Source: Spirochaetia bacterium
GTDB lineage: Bacteria > Spirochaetota > Spirochaetia > SP-2023
Reading direction: 5' to 3'
Assembly: GCA_965263295.1 (NCBI GenBank)
Contig: OZ253665.1
Location: 2,176,001 to 2,240,000 of the forward strand
Length of the DNA stretch: 64,000 nucleotides
Shown: positions 40,501 through 50,031 of the stretch, in pieces
Layout: each line of letters starts with the position of its first letter
Position numbering within the stretch: the first letter of the stretch is position 1
The notes under the pieces: generated by a model
What the model was told of the DNA's origin: nothing
Databases searched by the model: none
What the model saw: the letters and a program-made list of their open reading frames with translations, nothing else
Program-made: the position numbers and the translations under genes

Positions 40501-42805
40501 GCAGTTTGGGTAGTGAATGCTTCAGCAACTGCGGCAGCGAGAATTTCGATAGTTGGACGACCTGTTTTTGATCCAGCTGGCTTTGAAGTTCATTTTGTGC
40601 GCTTTGCAGTTTCTGCATGGCTTCATTTTGCCGGTCAATTTGGGCACTGACCTGTTGTAAGAGTTCTTTAATTTCCTGTTCTTTGTGGTAAGGATTATAA
40701 GCCAGGCGAGTCTGGTGCAGACTAATATCTTCCTGCCATTGCTCTAATAGGCGAATATTGCTAAATGCCACTTGCAACTGAGAGGCAATAGCTTTTAAAT
40801 CACGATTGTTGGATTCCAGCTTCTGGTCGTTGTGGAATAAACGCTGTTGCAGGAGAGCCTTGAAACCTTGCTGCTGGCCGGCCTGTTCGGCGTAGCCTGA
40901 GAAGTCGATATAGAGTTGTTGCAGGAGCGGCTGGGTATCGACAAGGTTTTGGCGCACAGCTAACAGGGTATTGCTCATCTCGCCATAGAGTGGCGATAGC
41001 GGTGCTTGCAGACGCTGTTGCACCCCATTGCTGTAACGAGCTAGATCGGACAGCTCGTTCATATATGAGGCCAACTGCTGCTGCATCTGGTAGAGAGCAT
41101 TGCCAATGCGTTTGGCCGGCTCGCCGACTTTGCCGTTTTGCCAGTCTTCCCAGGTATCTTCGACGCGCTGTATCAGAGGCGCCCACTGTTCGACAAGGCC
41201 CCTGAGGTCTAGGCGCAGGTCCCGCAGGTTATGGTGGAACTTTATGACTTCCGGTTGCTGGCGTGAGCTTTTGGGCAGCTGAGCCATAATGTTGACTAAG
41301 TAGGTGTTCCAATTATCCAGCTGCCCCGACAAGCGTATTTGCTGGACGCGCCAGGCCTGTAAATCTTCTTCTGGTGAACGCAGCTCTCTGTAGGGGGCGA
41401 GTTGGCGCAGTTTACTTTGTTGAAGTTCTTGGGCGACACCCAGGTTCTCCTCCAAGGCCTGTAATTGGGAAAAGCGTTTACTTTCGCTGTGGTAAAGCAG
41501 ATTTAAAGCTTCGATGTCAATGCTGGGCAGGTAGAGAGTTTCTGCTTGTGGCTTATCGCTGTCCTGGGTCTTTGACTGGGGTTCGGCTTGGACGGTCTGG
41601 GCTGCCTGGTTTGTTTCACTTGTCTGGTCTGCCTGGTCTTCTGTTCTGGCGGCGCTCGCTTGCCGGTGCTCTTCCAACAGTTGGTTGTTGCGACGTTGTT
41701 CTGCTAACAATTGACGCAGTAGCTCGTCGGTCAAGGATTCTTTTGCCGGTGGCACCTCTGGCTGTGTGGGGGCCGGGGCCGGCTCTTCTGCTACCGGTTT
41801 GTCTTGAATCGGTTTAGTTTCGATCGGAGCTGAATTCAGTACCTGGGGGTCATGAAATTCCCGCAGGTTAGTGAAGCTTGGAACGGAATCGAAAGCGAGG
41901 TAGATGACGTAGCTACGCGATTGGCGCGCCGAAAGTGGACGTGCGTCGTAGTAGAGGCCCAATGCCGGGTTGTTGCTGTCGTACAGGTTGTAACCGAAAC
42001 CTTGGCTGTTGAGCTGGAAGCCATAGTTCCAGCCGGCCTCGTGTAGTTTCGTCCAGTTCGCCAAGATGACTCGGTCAGGGCAGGTGGAGCCGCGCACGTT
42101 CAGATAAAAGTAGGCGTTGTAGCTAGTTTGGACAAAATAAGGCACCTGGCTTGTCTCCAGGATAGTTTCGCGAAATACATCGCCGTCGGGCAAGGAAAAC
42201 GCCGGCAAGCCCAGGTTGTTATTGGCAATGTCAAACATATGAAAAAGACCGACGCTTTGGGTAATTGATGCCGAGTTTTCGATAATTATGTTCAATCGGA
42301 TATAACTGGTCAGGCTGGACTCACTGAGGATGCGTACATAATACTTGACGTTGATTTTTTGTGGCAACTTCCAGAACATGGCCCCGCCGTCCGTCAACAG
42401 GGTGAGGCGCTCCGCTTTGTTGGCCAGGTAGCGGGTGCTGCGTCCGAGAGTATAGACGCGGCCATTTAGGGCTATGGCGATGTAGGTACTGCGCGGTTCG
42501 CGATCGTTGATCAGGCGCACTAGGCGGTTTTTGCCGACCTCACGCTTGTAAAGTGAATATGAGCCAGTATTGGGGCTAAATCGGATGATGTAATTATTTT
42601 TTTCAACGACTGGGTTATTCGTTCCCGTCATTGAAACTTGTGCATGTAAAGAGGGGAATATTTCGAGATGGCTTAGCCATAAGAAACATAGATAACTTAG
42701 AGTGGCGGCGGCCAGTCGATGCTTGCTGACTTGCTTTCGCATGGCAATGTGGGCTGGAGTCCAATTTCGCGGGCGTCTATTGGGTATTATGTTTAGAGTG
42801 TCCAA
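37583..42805 (-). CDS. 1740-aa exported protein: beta-rich N-domain, coiled coil, 20 tandem Gln/Gly-rich repeats
   Basis: Uninterrupted ORF with a signal-like N-terminus, a Q/L/E heptad region and the repeat array; coupled to both flanking TPR genes. Confidence 0.85.
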   Translation of the reverse strand: MDTLNIIPNRRPRNWTPAHIAMRKQVSKHRLAAATLSYLCFLWLSHLEIFPSLHAQVSMTGTNNPVVEKNNYIIRFSPNTGSYSLYKREVGKNRLVRLINDREPRSTYIAIALNGRVYTLGRSTRYLANKAERLTLLTDGGAMFWKLPQKINVKYYVRILSESSLTSYIRLNIIIENSASITQSVGLFHMFDIANNNLGLPAFSLPDGDVFRETILETSQVPYFVQTSYNAYFYLNVRGSTCPDRVILANWTKLHEAGWNYGFQLNSQGFGYNLYDSNNPALGLYYDARPLSARQSRSYVIYLAFDSVPSFTNLREFHDPQVLNSAPIETKPIQDKPVAEEPAPAPTQPEVPPAKESLTDELLRQLLAEQRRNNQLLEEHRQASAARTEDQADQTSETNQAAQTVQAEPQSKTQDSDKPQAETLYLPSIDIEALNLLYHSESKRFSQLQALEENLGVAQELQQSKLRQLAPYRELRSPEEDLQAWRVQQIRLSGQLDNWNTYLVNIMAQLPKSSRQQPEVIKFHHNLRDLRLDLRGLVEQWAPLIQRVEDTWEDWQNGKVGEPAKRIGNALYQMQQQLASYMNELSDLARYSNGVQQRLQAPLSPLYGEMSNTLLAVRQNLVDTQPLLQQLYIDFSGYAEQAGQQQGFKALLQQRLFHNDQKLESNNRDLKAIASQLQVAFSNIRLLEQWQEDISLHQTRLAYNPYHKEQEIKELLQQVSAQIDRQNEAMQKLQSAQNELQSQLDQKQVVQLSKFSLPQLLKHSLPKLQNDYYASAQLVQLVNPYPSTSRNRKPRNKMSDTVRPQINENELYNALKGFPEKSSPPLPEYKRNENSNQPSSSALSPSPSPYGNYAPQAASKEPIVPKGNPVMPDGSTTVGRNPTVDGNYTGQFTRPQTIAPVERKSYVESYRTDLESSEIPSSYYGIEPNQTSIQKPQPHASTDLGYGDRSSQVQTPIPNYGQKLSQQGGGLARRTPDGTQSLQGGGKGPKAQAQVPNYGQKLSQQGGGLARRTPDGTQSLHGGGKGPKAQAQVPNYGQKLSQQGGGLARRTPDGTQSLQGSGKGPKAQAQVPNYGQKLSQQGGGLARRTPDGTQSLHGGGKGPKAQAQVPNYGQKLSQQGGGLARRTPDGTQSLQGGGKGPKAQAQVPNYGQKLSQQGGGLARRTPDGTQSLQGGGKAQTQVPNYGQKLSQQGGGLARRTPDGTQSLQGGGKGPKAQAQVPNYGQKLSQQGGGLARRTPDDTQSLHGGGKAQTQLPSYGQKLSQQGGGLARRTPDGTQSLQGGGKGPKAQAQVPNYGQKLSQQGGGLARRTPDGTQSLQGGGKAQTQLPSYDQQLSQQGGGLARRTPDGTQSLQGGGKAQTQLPSYDQQLSQQGGGLARRTPDGTQSRQGGGKAQAQVPNYGQKLSQQGGGLARRTPDGTQSRQGGGKAQTQLPSYDQQLSQQGGGLARRTPDGTQSLQGGDKAQTQLPNYGQKLSQQGGGLARRTPDGTQSLQGGGKAQTQLPSYDQQLSQQGGGLARRTPDGTQSLQGGGKAQTQLPSYDQQLSQQGGGLARRTPDGTQSLQGGGKAQAQLPSYDQQLSQQGGGLARRTPDGTQSLQGGGKAQTQLPSYDQQLSQQGGGLARRTPDGTQSLQGGGKAQAQVPNYGQKLSQQGGGLARRTPDGIQHSPQTAPGSDSSVVPAKSILQQPSIGNDSEPYRDVKNFIQDMDTYLKYKKFDEKDVNDSEKRWSHLENKYHIDK
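37813..39934 (-). repeat. Coding tandem repeat: 20 copies of 105/114-bp units (last copy partial)
   Basis: Unit P[NS]Y[GD]Q[KQ]LSQQGGGLARRTPDGTQSLQGGGK(GPK)AQ[AT]Q[VL]; 7 long, 12 short, 1 partial. Confidence 0.97.
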
Positions 42806-43884
42806 TCGACACCTCGAGAGCGCAAAAAGTCTTCAGCCTGCTTCTTCAGCAGATAGAGGCTGATGACACTGGCTTTGTACTGGGCTATGTTCTGCAAATC
42901 ATGCTGAGAAAAATAGCTGACTACCAGCAGATATACCGTGCGAGCGCCCTCCAGGTAATTGTCGCGTTCTAGGCTGCGTGCAATCCAGTAGTAGGCGTTG
43001 GGCACATAATAGCTGCCCTGGAATTGATAGAGGTAATCGACGAAGATTTCGCGGGCTTTCTGCATATTGCCTAAGGCAAAGTAGTAACGCCCGATCAAGT
43101 AGTAGAGTTCGGCATCGCGTTCATCGGTACTTTCGCGTAGAACATCCTGTTGCAGGCGAAATTGTTTGAGATAGTACGGAATAAATTCAAGGCGCCGTGC
43201 GGCTAGCAAGGACTTCAGCAACCAGTTCAAATAGTATGGATCGTTGACGGCGTCGGCGGTGTAACGGTTTTCCATGATGATTTCGCTGGCCAGCTCATAA
43301 TTACCTTGCTGAAACAGGCGTTTGCCATCGCTAAAGCTGCGGCCGGCCCTAGGCTCCAACTGTATTCCATAGGATTGTTTGATGGCCCCCTGCCGGCGGG
43401 ATCTATCACGGTTTTTTACATGATCGGCAATAGCTGAGTCCCCAGCTTGTATGTCAGTTGAAGACGGATAATTTGCGGACGGCTGGGGTGGTGAGAGTCC
43501 GGGATGTGGTATGGGCTGCCTGGGTGCCGCCACTGTGGGCCGTCTTTGATGGGCTAAGGTTTCTAGGGTACCTTGCAGAGTCTGCTGGAATTGGTTCTCC
43601 CGGCGGATCTGATTTTGAACTTTGCGGACTTGCCCCACTTTATTTTGTTTCCCTTTTTTTGCAGAAAAATAATCCGATATCAACTCCTGTAGATCAGTTT
43701 GCAAGGCCGGCCCTTGGGCGGTGAGGCTGAGATTACAAAGACAGAATAACGATAGACTTAGTAAAAGGGCACAACTGTGGCGCCAGGTGAAAACCAAGGC
43801 TTGCAAACCCGTTCTACCTATTTGTATAACTGGGATTTGCGTGCTTACTGAAGCGCTTAGTCGCCAAAGTGGCGTGGACGACAT
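42793..43884 (-). CDS. Exported TPR protein (CpoB/YbgF-like C-terminus)
   Basis: YYLIGRYYFALG...YLYQFQGSYYVPNAYYWIARSLE...YLLVVSYF. Confidence 0.75.
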   Translation of the reverse strand: MSSTPLWRLSASVSTQIPVIQIGRTGLQALVFTWRHSCALLLSLSLFCLCNLSLTAQGPALQTDLQELISDYFSAKKGKQNKVGQVRKVQNQIRRENQFQQTLQGTLETLAHQRRPTVAAPRQPIPHPGLSPPQPSANYPSSTDIQAGDSAIADHVKNRDRSRRQGAIKQSYGIQLEPRAGRSFSDGKRLFQQGNYELASEIIMENRYTADAVNDPYYLNWLLKSLLAARRLEFIPYYLKQFRLQQDVLRESTDERDAELYYLIGRYYFALGNMQKAREIFVDYLYQFQGSYYVPNAYYWIARSLERDNYLEGARTVYLLVVSYFSQHDLQNIAQYKASVISLYLLKKQAEDFLRSRGVDWTL

Positions 43885-44188
43885 AGATGATTCCCCTCGA
43901 GCTTACAATCCCCCTCTATTGTGCTAATCTTAGAAACAGTCAATATAAAAATAAAGATTTCCTCTGCGTTTTTTTCTTTAGGGTTGAAAAATACAATGTA
44001 GTGTTTACTAGCGAGTTGCTTTGCGGGCTTCATCAGCTTGAATCTCTAATTTGAGTCCCTTTAACACATGAAGAAATTAAACCGTGGAAACGGTATAAAA
44101 ACTATAGCGAAATGGTTTTTTTGTTTCAAAAAGTGCCTTTTGAATGATATCAAGAGGCCTAGGGCCCAGAAAAGAAAGGAGTGCAAGT

Positions 44189-44632
44189 ATGGCATATATT
44201 AATTCGGTTATCATTCAGGGGAATTTGGTGCGTAAACCAGAGTTGCATCAGTTACCGAGTGGGACTTGTGTCGGGAGTTTTACCGTGGCGGTCAACCGCA
44301 GTTATCCAAAGCGCGACGGGAGCTGGCAGAATGATGTCTCGTATTTTGATTGTGAGAGCTGGGCCAATGAAGCGCAACGCTGCGAGGAAGAGCTGGAAAA
44401 GGGTTGTCACGTAAAAGTCGTAGGTCGCTTGCGACAAGACCGTTGGCAGGATAAGGAAGGCCGATCCCACAGTAAGATAAAAATTGTCAGTGAATATTTT
44501 GAGCGGCAGCAGACACAGCGTCAGAGCCATCGTGTTGAATCCTTGCACGCCGAGGCTATTCAGGCCGTGGCAAGTTCACCATCAAATTTAGCTGCAAGCT
44601 CCTCACAATCCGGCTCGGACATTTCATATTAA
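44189..44632 (+). CDS. ssb: Single-stranded DNA-binding protein
   Basis: INSVIIQGNLVRKPEL, AVNR, GRLRQDRWQDKEG and an acidic tail SDISY; RBS AAGGAG. Confidence 0.93.
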   Translation: MAYINSVIIQGNLVRKPELHQLPSGTCVGSFTVAVNRSYPKRDGSWQNDVSYFDCESWANEAQRCEEELEKGCHVKVVGRLRQDRWQDKEGRSHSKIKIVSEYFERQQTQRQSHRVESLHAEAIQAVASSPSNLAASSSQSGSDISY

Positions 44633-44696
44633 TGAAATTGCGATAAAACTTAAAGAGCGAGATTTCAGGGGGCTTAGAGACGCCAGAAAGCAAGGC

Positions 44697-44729
44697 TCTG
44701 CCAGGAAGGCTTTGGGCCTTCCTGGCAGA
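44697..44729. terminator. Hairpin between convergent ssb and nqrE-like genes
   Basis: tctgccaggaaggc-tttgg-gccttcctggcaga followed by a T-run. Confidence 0.65.
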
Positions 44730-44735
44730 TATTTT

Positions 44736-45338
44736 TTAGGAAACAGGAATCATGGCGGTAAAGCCGGTAAAGGCCAAAGCCATGAAACCAATCAGAAAAA
44801 GAGTAATTCCTGGACCGCGCAGGCCAGGTGCCAGCGGAGCCTTGGCAATACGTTTTTGCATGGCTGCTAGCAGGACAATGGCCAACCACCAACCTAAGCC
44901 GCTGCCCAAGGCAAAAGTCATGCTCTGTAGCAAGCTATAGTTGCGCAATACCATGAACAGTACGGCACCCAGGATAGCGCAGTTCACGGTGATCAGTGGC
45001 AAGAAGATGCCAAGGGCCATATACAGTGAAGGCGAGAGGCGATCAATCAGCATCTCAAGCATCTGTACTACGGCAGCGATGAGTGCGATATACACAATGT
45101 AACCTAGGTACTCAATTTCAAAGGGCACAAGGATATAGTTACGTACCAACCAGCTCAAGGTCACGGTGATAACGAGCACTACAGTGACGGCCATACCCAG
45201 ACCCATGGAAGATTTCTGGTCCTTGGAAATGGTGATGAACGAACACATGCCCAGAAAGTTGCTGAGTAGGATGTTGCTGGTAAATACCGAAGCAAACAGC
45301 AGTACCCAGGGGTTGATATTTGGTGCCAGTGCTTCCAT
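44736..45338 (-). CDS. nqrE: NqrE/RnfA family membrane subunit
   Basis: NILLSNFLGMCSF and LGIFLPLITVNCAILG. Start revised to MEALAP (RBS AAGGAGG). Confidence 0.85.
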   Translation of the reverse strand: MEALAPNINPWVLLFASVFTSNILLSNFLGMCSFITISKDQKSSMGLGMAVTVVLVITVTLSWLVRNYILVPFEIEYLGYIVYIALIAAVVQMLEMLIDRLSPSLYMALGIFLPLITVNCAILGAVLFMVLRNYSLLQSMTFALGSGLGWWLAIVLLAAMQKRIAKAPLAPGLRGPGITLFLIGFMALAFTGFTAMIPVS

Positions 45339-45340
45339 GT

Positions 45341-45946
45341 TTATGAGTCCTCCTTGATGTATTTGCCTCGGACAATCCAAATAATGGTACCGAGCAGAAA
45401 AAAAGCGCTGGCCGGCATAGCCATGATGGTCCACTTAGGCATTTGATAAAAACCGGGCACCGGCATATTTAAAAAGGTGCCGAAACCGAATAACTCGCGG
45501 ACGATCGCAATTGCGACCAGAACAGCCATGTAGCCCAAGCCAGAGGTTAGGCCATCCCACAGAGAGAGCAGGACTGGATTGGACAGTGCAAAAGCCTCGG
45601 CGCGACCCATGATAATGCAGTTGGTAATGATCAAACCGACATAGGGGCCCAGGACTTTACTGGCTGCGGGGAAGTAGGCTTTGAGTATCATATCCACGAT
45701 AATTACGTATGTGGCAATGATCAGGGTCTGCACGATCATGCGCACCTTAAACGGGATTAATTCTTTTAGCAGGGATACCGTCAAGTTACTTAGGCCGGTG
45801 ACAAACATTACGCCCACAGTCATGATTAGAGTATTGCCGACATTGTTGGTTACGGCGAGAGTCGAACAAATACCCAGAATCTGCACAAAGATTGGATTTT
45901 GGTACCAAAGGTTGTTTTTCAGTACCGTCAATGGTGAATCGTACAT
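45341..45946 (-). CDS. nqrD: NqrD/RnfE family membrane subunit
   Basis: NPIFVQILGICSTLAVT and VGLIITNCIIMGRAEAFA. Confidence 0.88.
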   Translation of the reverse strand: MYDSPLTVLKNNLWYQNPIFVQILGICSTLAVTNNVGNTLIMTVGVMFVTGLSNLTVSLLKELIPFKVRMIVQTLIIATYVIIVDMILKAYFPAASKVLGPYVGLIITNCIIMGRAEAFALSNPVLLSLWDGLTSGLGYMAVLVAIAIVRELFGFGTFLNMPVPGFYQMPKWTIMAMPASAFFLLGTIIWIVRGKYIKEDS

Positions 45947-45966
45947 AGCAAATGTCTCCTTAACGC

Positions 45967-46554
45967 TTAGTTCTGCTTTAACTCTTTGATAGCATTATTG
46001 ACGATCAAGGCAAAAGATGTTGAAGTTAGAGTCGCTCCAGAAATGGCATCAAATGCGCTGTTGTCGTGATCTGTACTGTAATCACCGCCGGCAGAAGGAG
46101 TCATGGTAATACTGTTGTCGATCTTCTCGCCGCGAAACTGATCTTGGAAAGGCTTCTCGCTAATGCGTCCCCCCAGGCCCGGTGTCTCTTTCTGTTCGAT
46201 GATTGACAGGCCGATAATCTGTGAAACATCTGCATTGACGGCAATGATACCACTTATGCGGTCCCACAGGCCCATCCCTGAAAAACGCAGAACCTTAACG
46301 AGCTCATTGTCCACTTGGGTTTCTTCGAGTGCAGAGGCTTCCGCGGGTAATTTGCCAAACTGTTTTTTATAAGCTTCGACAGGGTCATCGGTAGGATCTA
46401 TGCCGAGGGCCGTCAGCGTCGCTTTGGCCACTTCTTCCTGTTGGTTCAATCGGACTTGCTCTTCGGTGCAGTTGTAAATCCAGGCCAAAACCAGAACCAG
46501 GACAAAGGTCAGGGCAAATGTAAATAATGTACTGTACGCAAAATTTTCTCTCAT
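45967..46554 (-). CDS. nqrC: NqrC/RnfG family FMN-binding subunit
   Basis: GMGLWDRISG, ETPGLGGRI and DAISGATLTS (FMN-Thr). Confidence 0.85.
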   Translation of the reverse strand: MRENFAYSTLFTFALTFVLVLVLAWIYNCTEEQVRLNQQEEVAKATLTALGIDPTDDPVEAYKKQFGKLPAEASALEETQVDNELVKVLRFSGMGLWDRISGIIAVNADVSQIIGLSIIEQKETPGLGGRISEKPFQDQFRGEKIDNSITMTPSAGGDYSTDHDNSAFDAISGATLTSTSFALIVNNAIKELKQN

Positions 46555-46571
46555 CGGGGCTTCCTCCTATT

Positions 46572-47588
46572 TTAAGCTTTTGCTACTGCGGGTGCGGCGG
46601 GTTTCTTCTTTGCGGCTTTTTTCTTGACCGGAGCCATCGCATTGGGAGCATTGGGGAAGAATTCATCAAGGTAGGGAGCAAAGACGTTAGCGACCAAAAT
46701 GCCGAAGCTGGTCCCTTCGGGGAAGGAGGGGGCAAAGTAGCGGACCAGAACTGTTACCACGCCAAAAATCAGGCCGTAGTACCAAAGTGAAGGACGTTTC
46801 TTTGGCGCACTTACCGGGTCTGTGAGCATGAAAACGCAAACAAATAGAAAGCTGCCCGAAAATGTGCCAATGATTGGGTCAATGGCCGGGCTGAGGCTGT
46901 GTACGTTGAGAACTTGAGGGGCAAATAGTATAGAGGGAAGCAAAAAACCAATCAGGCCGCTGAGCATCAGTCTCCAGCTGGCTGTCTTGCTTGCCAGTAA
47001 ATAAATGGCAGCCAAGAGAACTAGAAGAATGGCACCTTCGCCTACAGAGGAGCTGTGGAAGCCTAGTAGCAGATCGACCCACCAGGGATTACCCGCACCC
47101 TTACTGGGGTCTGTCAGACCGCCCAGGTCGGCGCCGGCGCGAATCTGCATCAGGGGCGTGGGACTGGTATTGCCATCAAAATTTAGGCCAAAGCTGCCGG
47201 GCGCAAACCATTGCGAAGTCATGGGACCGGAAAAGATCAAATACATTAGTACCCGGCCGGTGATGGCCGGGTTGAACAGATTTCGGCCAAAGCCACCGAA
47301 GACCATCTTTGCCAGTATTACAGCCAGAATGATGCCGATAGGGACCATCCACAGAGGAAGAGCGGGGGGCATACCCATGGCGTAGAGAACAGAACTGACC
47401 AGTACAGCTTCGGAGACCTTTTTCTTCGAACTTGTGTACTTCAAGTACCAGTATTCCGTGAGCGTTCCGGCAAGAACAGAAACCAGGATAATGGCCAAGC
47501 TGCGCCAGCCATACAGGTAGACGGACCAAAGCGCAATGGGTGCGAGAGCGTACAAGACTTTCCGCATCATTGGCTGTTTTTGAAACAT
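46572..47588 (-). CDS. nqrB: NqrB/RnfD family membrane subunit
   Basis: KMVFGGFGRNLFNPA, DGNTSPTPL, FMLTDPVSAP and PEGTSFGIL. Confidence 0.85.
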   Translation of the reverse strand: MFQKQPMMRKVLYALAPIALWSVYLYGWRSLAIILVSVLAGTLTEYWYLKYTSSKKKVSEAVLVSSVLYAMGMPPALPLWMVPIGIILAVILAKMVFGGFGRNLFNPAITGRVLMYLIFSGPMTSQWFAPGSFGLNFDGNTSPTPLMQIRAGADLGGLTDPSKGAGNPWWVDLLLGFHSSSVGEGAILLVLLAAIYLLASKTASWRLMLSGLIGFLLPSILFAPQVLNVHSLSPAIDPIIGTFSGSFLFVCVFMLTDPVSAPKKRPSLWYYGLIFGVVTVLVRYFAPSFPEGTSFGILVANVFAPYLDEFFPNAPNAMAPVKKKAAKKKPAAPAVAKA

Positions 47589-47749
47589 ATATACAATTCC
47601 TCCTCAATGGAAATATCGGGTTCTTGTCCAATTTAAATTCTGCACTTTATATTACCAATATTCAATATGGCGGACAAGGGATTTAGTCGGAATTCACACG
47701 GTTTACAAAGTTTGACCACGTTTTACCACGGGCCTTTTATGTAAATCGT

Positions 47750-48541
47750 CTAGAAAGTCGCTCTGGTTCTGATGCAGCTGTGCGCATCGTGTTTGTCCAT
47801 CTGTGAGATACCGTAAAGTGGGGATTGCGGGGAATTGCGCAGCCATTCAACAGGCAGGCCGATGACCGTATTTGCGCTGCCAGTGATTTGGGCCACAAGC
47901 TGGCGTCCCTGGTTCTGCAAGCGGTAGCCGCCCGCGGCACCACGCCATTCTTCGGTAGCTATGTATGCGGCGATGTTTGCGGGAGAGAGGCGATGAAATT
48001 GCAGCCGGGTAATTTCACTGTATCGTTGTGGCCACGCAGGCTTAGAGCGATCATGCCAGGCGATGGCTGAACAGACGTATTGTGGCGATGAGCTCAAATA
48101 GTGCAAGAAACAAGAGGCGGCCTGCGGGCTTGTGGGCTTGCCGAGTAGCAGCCATGGACCCCAAGGCTTTGCGCCGGCAGCTTGTAATTCATGTTTGCAC
48201 GGTACTGGCTCTGCGACTTTGCGGTTGCCAGCCAGGCGGGGATTCAAAATGGCTACCAGGGTATCTGCCGCCAGCCACACGCCTTGATCAATTTGCTGGC
48301 GATACTGCGCAAGTGCTGCCGTCAACTTGCCGGCGGCTATGTATTCGACTGCGTAACGTAATTCGGTCTGGGCGGGCAATGTGGTTGACGGGCAGGAAAG
48401 CTGTGGTTTGCCGGCCAAAAGTTGGCGGTCGTTTGGGAGTGCTTCGCTCGTATCTACCGGACAGATTTCCGGCTCCCAGCCAAGTTGCTGCAGCAGCGCC
48501 CGGCGTTGCGGTGAGGCCGAAGCCAGATAAAGCTTTTGCAT
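47750..48541 (-). CDS. maf: Maf family nucleoside-triphosphate pyrophosphatase
   Basis: LYLASASPQRRALL, AADT, LGKP, AGGY and VIGLP. Confidence 0.88.
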   Translation of the reverse strand: MQKLYLASASPQRRALLQQLGWEPEICPVDTSEALPNDRQLLAGKPQLSCPSTTLPAQTELRYAVEYIAAGKLTAALAQYRQQIDQGVWLAADTLVAILNPRLAGNRKVAEPVPCKHELQAAGAKPWGPWLLLGKPTSPQAASCFLHYLSSSPQYVCSAIAWHDRSKPAWPQRYSEITRLQFHRLSPANIAAYIATEEWRGAAGGYRLQNQGRQLVAQITGSANTVIGLPVEWLRNSPQSPLYGISQMDKHDAHSCIRTRATF

Positions 48542-48563
48542 GCTTGGAATCAATCGTTCCAGG

Positions 48564-49790
48564 CTAAAGTCCGGACAAAGCCGAGAATCCTTGTTCAAGG
48601 CCGCGAATCAGATTTTCTGGCTCTTCAAGACCGACGGACAGGCGCAAGAGCCCGTAGCGTATGCCGGCGGCTGCGCGGGCCTCTTCGCTCATATCGACGT
48701 GAGTCATGGTCGAGGGATGGGAAAGCAGGCTGGAAACACCGCCGAAAGAAACGGCAAACGATGCAGCCTTTTGGCCATAGACAAAAGTTTTGAGCTCCCT
48801 ATCCGTGGTGTCGGCCCCTGTCTGCTGGCCGCCCTTGCCGCGCAGCTCAAAGCTAAGCATTCCGCCAAAGCCTGCGAACTGTTGCCGGGCCAGTTGGTGA
48901 CCGGGTTGACTGGGTAGTCCGGGGTAAAATACCTGGTCCACCTGTGGGTGCTTTTCTAGGTACTCGGCCAGTTTTTGCGCACTCTCTTGCTGACGGCGCA
49001 TGCGGAGTGGCAGGGTATGCAGGCCGCGCGTCGCCAGCCAGGCATCAAACGCGGCCGCGCCCAGGCCCATGGTTTTGACCCACCAGTCAAGTTCGTTGTG
49101 CAAGCCCTCCTCGCGGCAGATGATGGCCCCGCCGATCAAGTCTGCGTGGCCATTGATGTACTTTGTCGTCGAGTGCCACACGATATCGGCTCCCAGAGAA
49201 AGGGGCTGGAAATTTACGGGGCTGAGCATGGTGTTGTCTACGGCGACGACGGGAGGGCGGCCCTGTGGGTCTCTCGCCTGCTGTGCCGCCCTCGTCCATG
49301 CGGCGACATCGCAGACACCTAATAGCGGATTGGACGGCGTTTCCAGCAAAACCAGGCGCGGTTTCAGGGCGAGGGCCTCGGTGGCAACTCTTGGGTCTGG
49401 GCTGTTGATGTCACAGTAGTGCCGGCGCAATAGGCCGCGTTCAGCCATTGCGTCGAGGAAGCGTTGGGTGCCACCATAGGCATCGTGTCCGCTGATGACC
49501 CAGTCGCCTGGTTGTACCAGCTGTAAAATCAGATTTAGGGCGGCCATGCCAGAAGCGGATATGATGCCTTTGCCGCAGCCACCCTCCATTTCGGCAAGGG
49601 CCTCGGCCAGGTAGTTGCTGTTGGGGTGAGAAACGCGGGCATACTCGTGCTCGCCCTCCAGGCCGAAGTCGGCCATACGGTAAATAGAGGTGGTATAGAT
49701 AGGTGTGTTCACGGCCTTATAATGGCTTTCGCGATCTACTCCCGCCAGGGCGGCTATGCTGTCGCGGGAGCGCTGCGGCTTTTGCTCCAT
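48564..49790 (-). CDS. metB: Cystathionine gamma-synthase (Cys/Met PLP enzyme)
   Basis: SGMAA, YGGT, ETPSNP, VDNT, HSTTKYINGH and LRLSVGLE. Confidence 0.85.
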   Translation of the reverse strand: MEQKPQRSRDSIAALAGVDRESHYKAVNTPIYTTSIYRMADFGLEGEHEYARVSHPNSNYLAEALAEMEGGCGKGIISASGMAALNLILQLVQPGDWVISGHDAYGGTQRFLDAMAERGLLRRHYCDINSPDPRVATEALALKPRLVLLETPSNPLLGVCDVAAWTRAAQQARDPQGRPPVVAVDNTMLSPVNFQPLSLGADIVWHSTTKYINGHADLIGGAIICREEGLHNELDWWVKTMGLGAAAFDAWLATRGLHTLPLRMRRQQESAQKLAEYLEKHPQVDQVFYPGLPSQPGHQLARQQFAGFGGMLSFELRGKGGQQTGADTTDRELKTFVYGQKAASFAVSFGGVSSLLSHPSTMTHVDMSEEARAAAGIRYGLLRLSVGLEEPENLIRGLEQGFSALSGL

Positions 49791-50031
49791 GGTTAATTCC
49801 TGCCTAACGAGTATTGGATATTTACTGTAGGCAATATAACGGAATAGCCGAGACATTTGAAGCTGCTGCAGTCGACTGGCATGGAGTTACTTTCCAACTT
49901 CAAATTATTTTTTCAAAATAAAGAATGCCTCGCCGCAAATAAGTTCCGTTAAAATTAAGAATTAGAGGAGTTAGATTCGGCAGATATTTGTTGCATTGGA
50001 TTTGTAAAACTGTAAAGAAATACTTGTTTTA

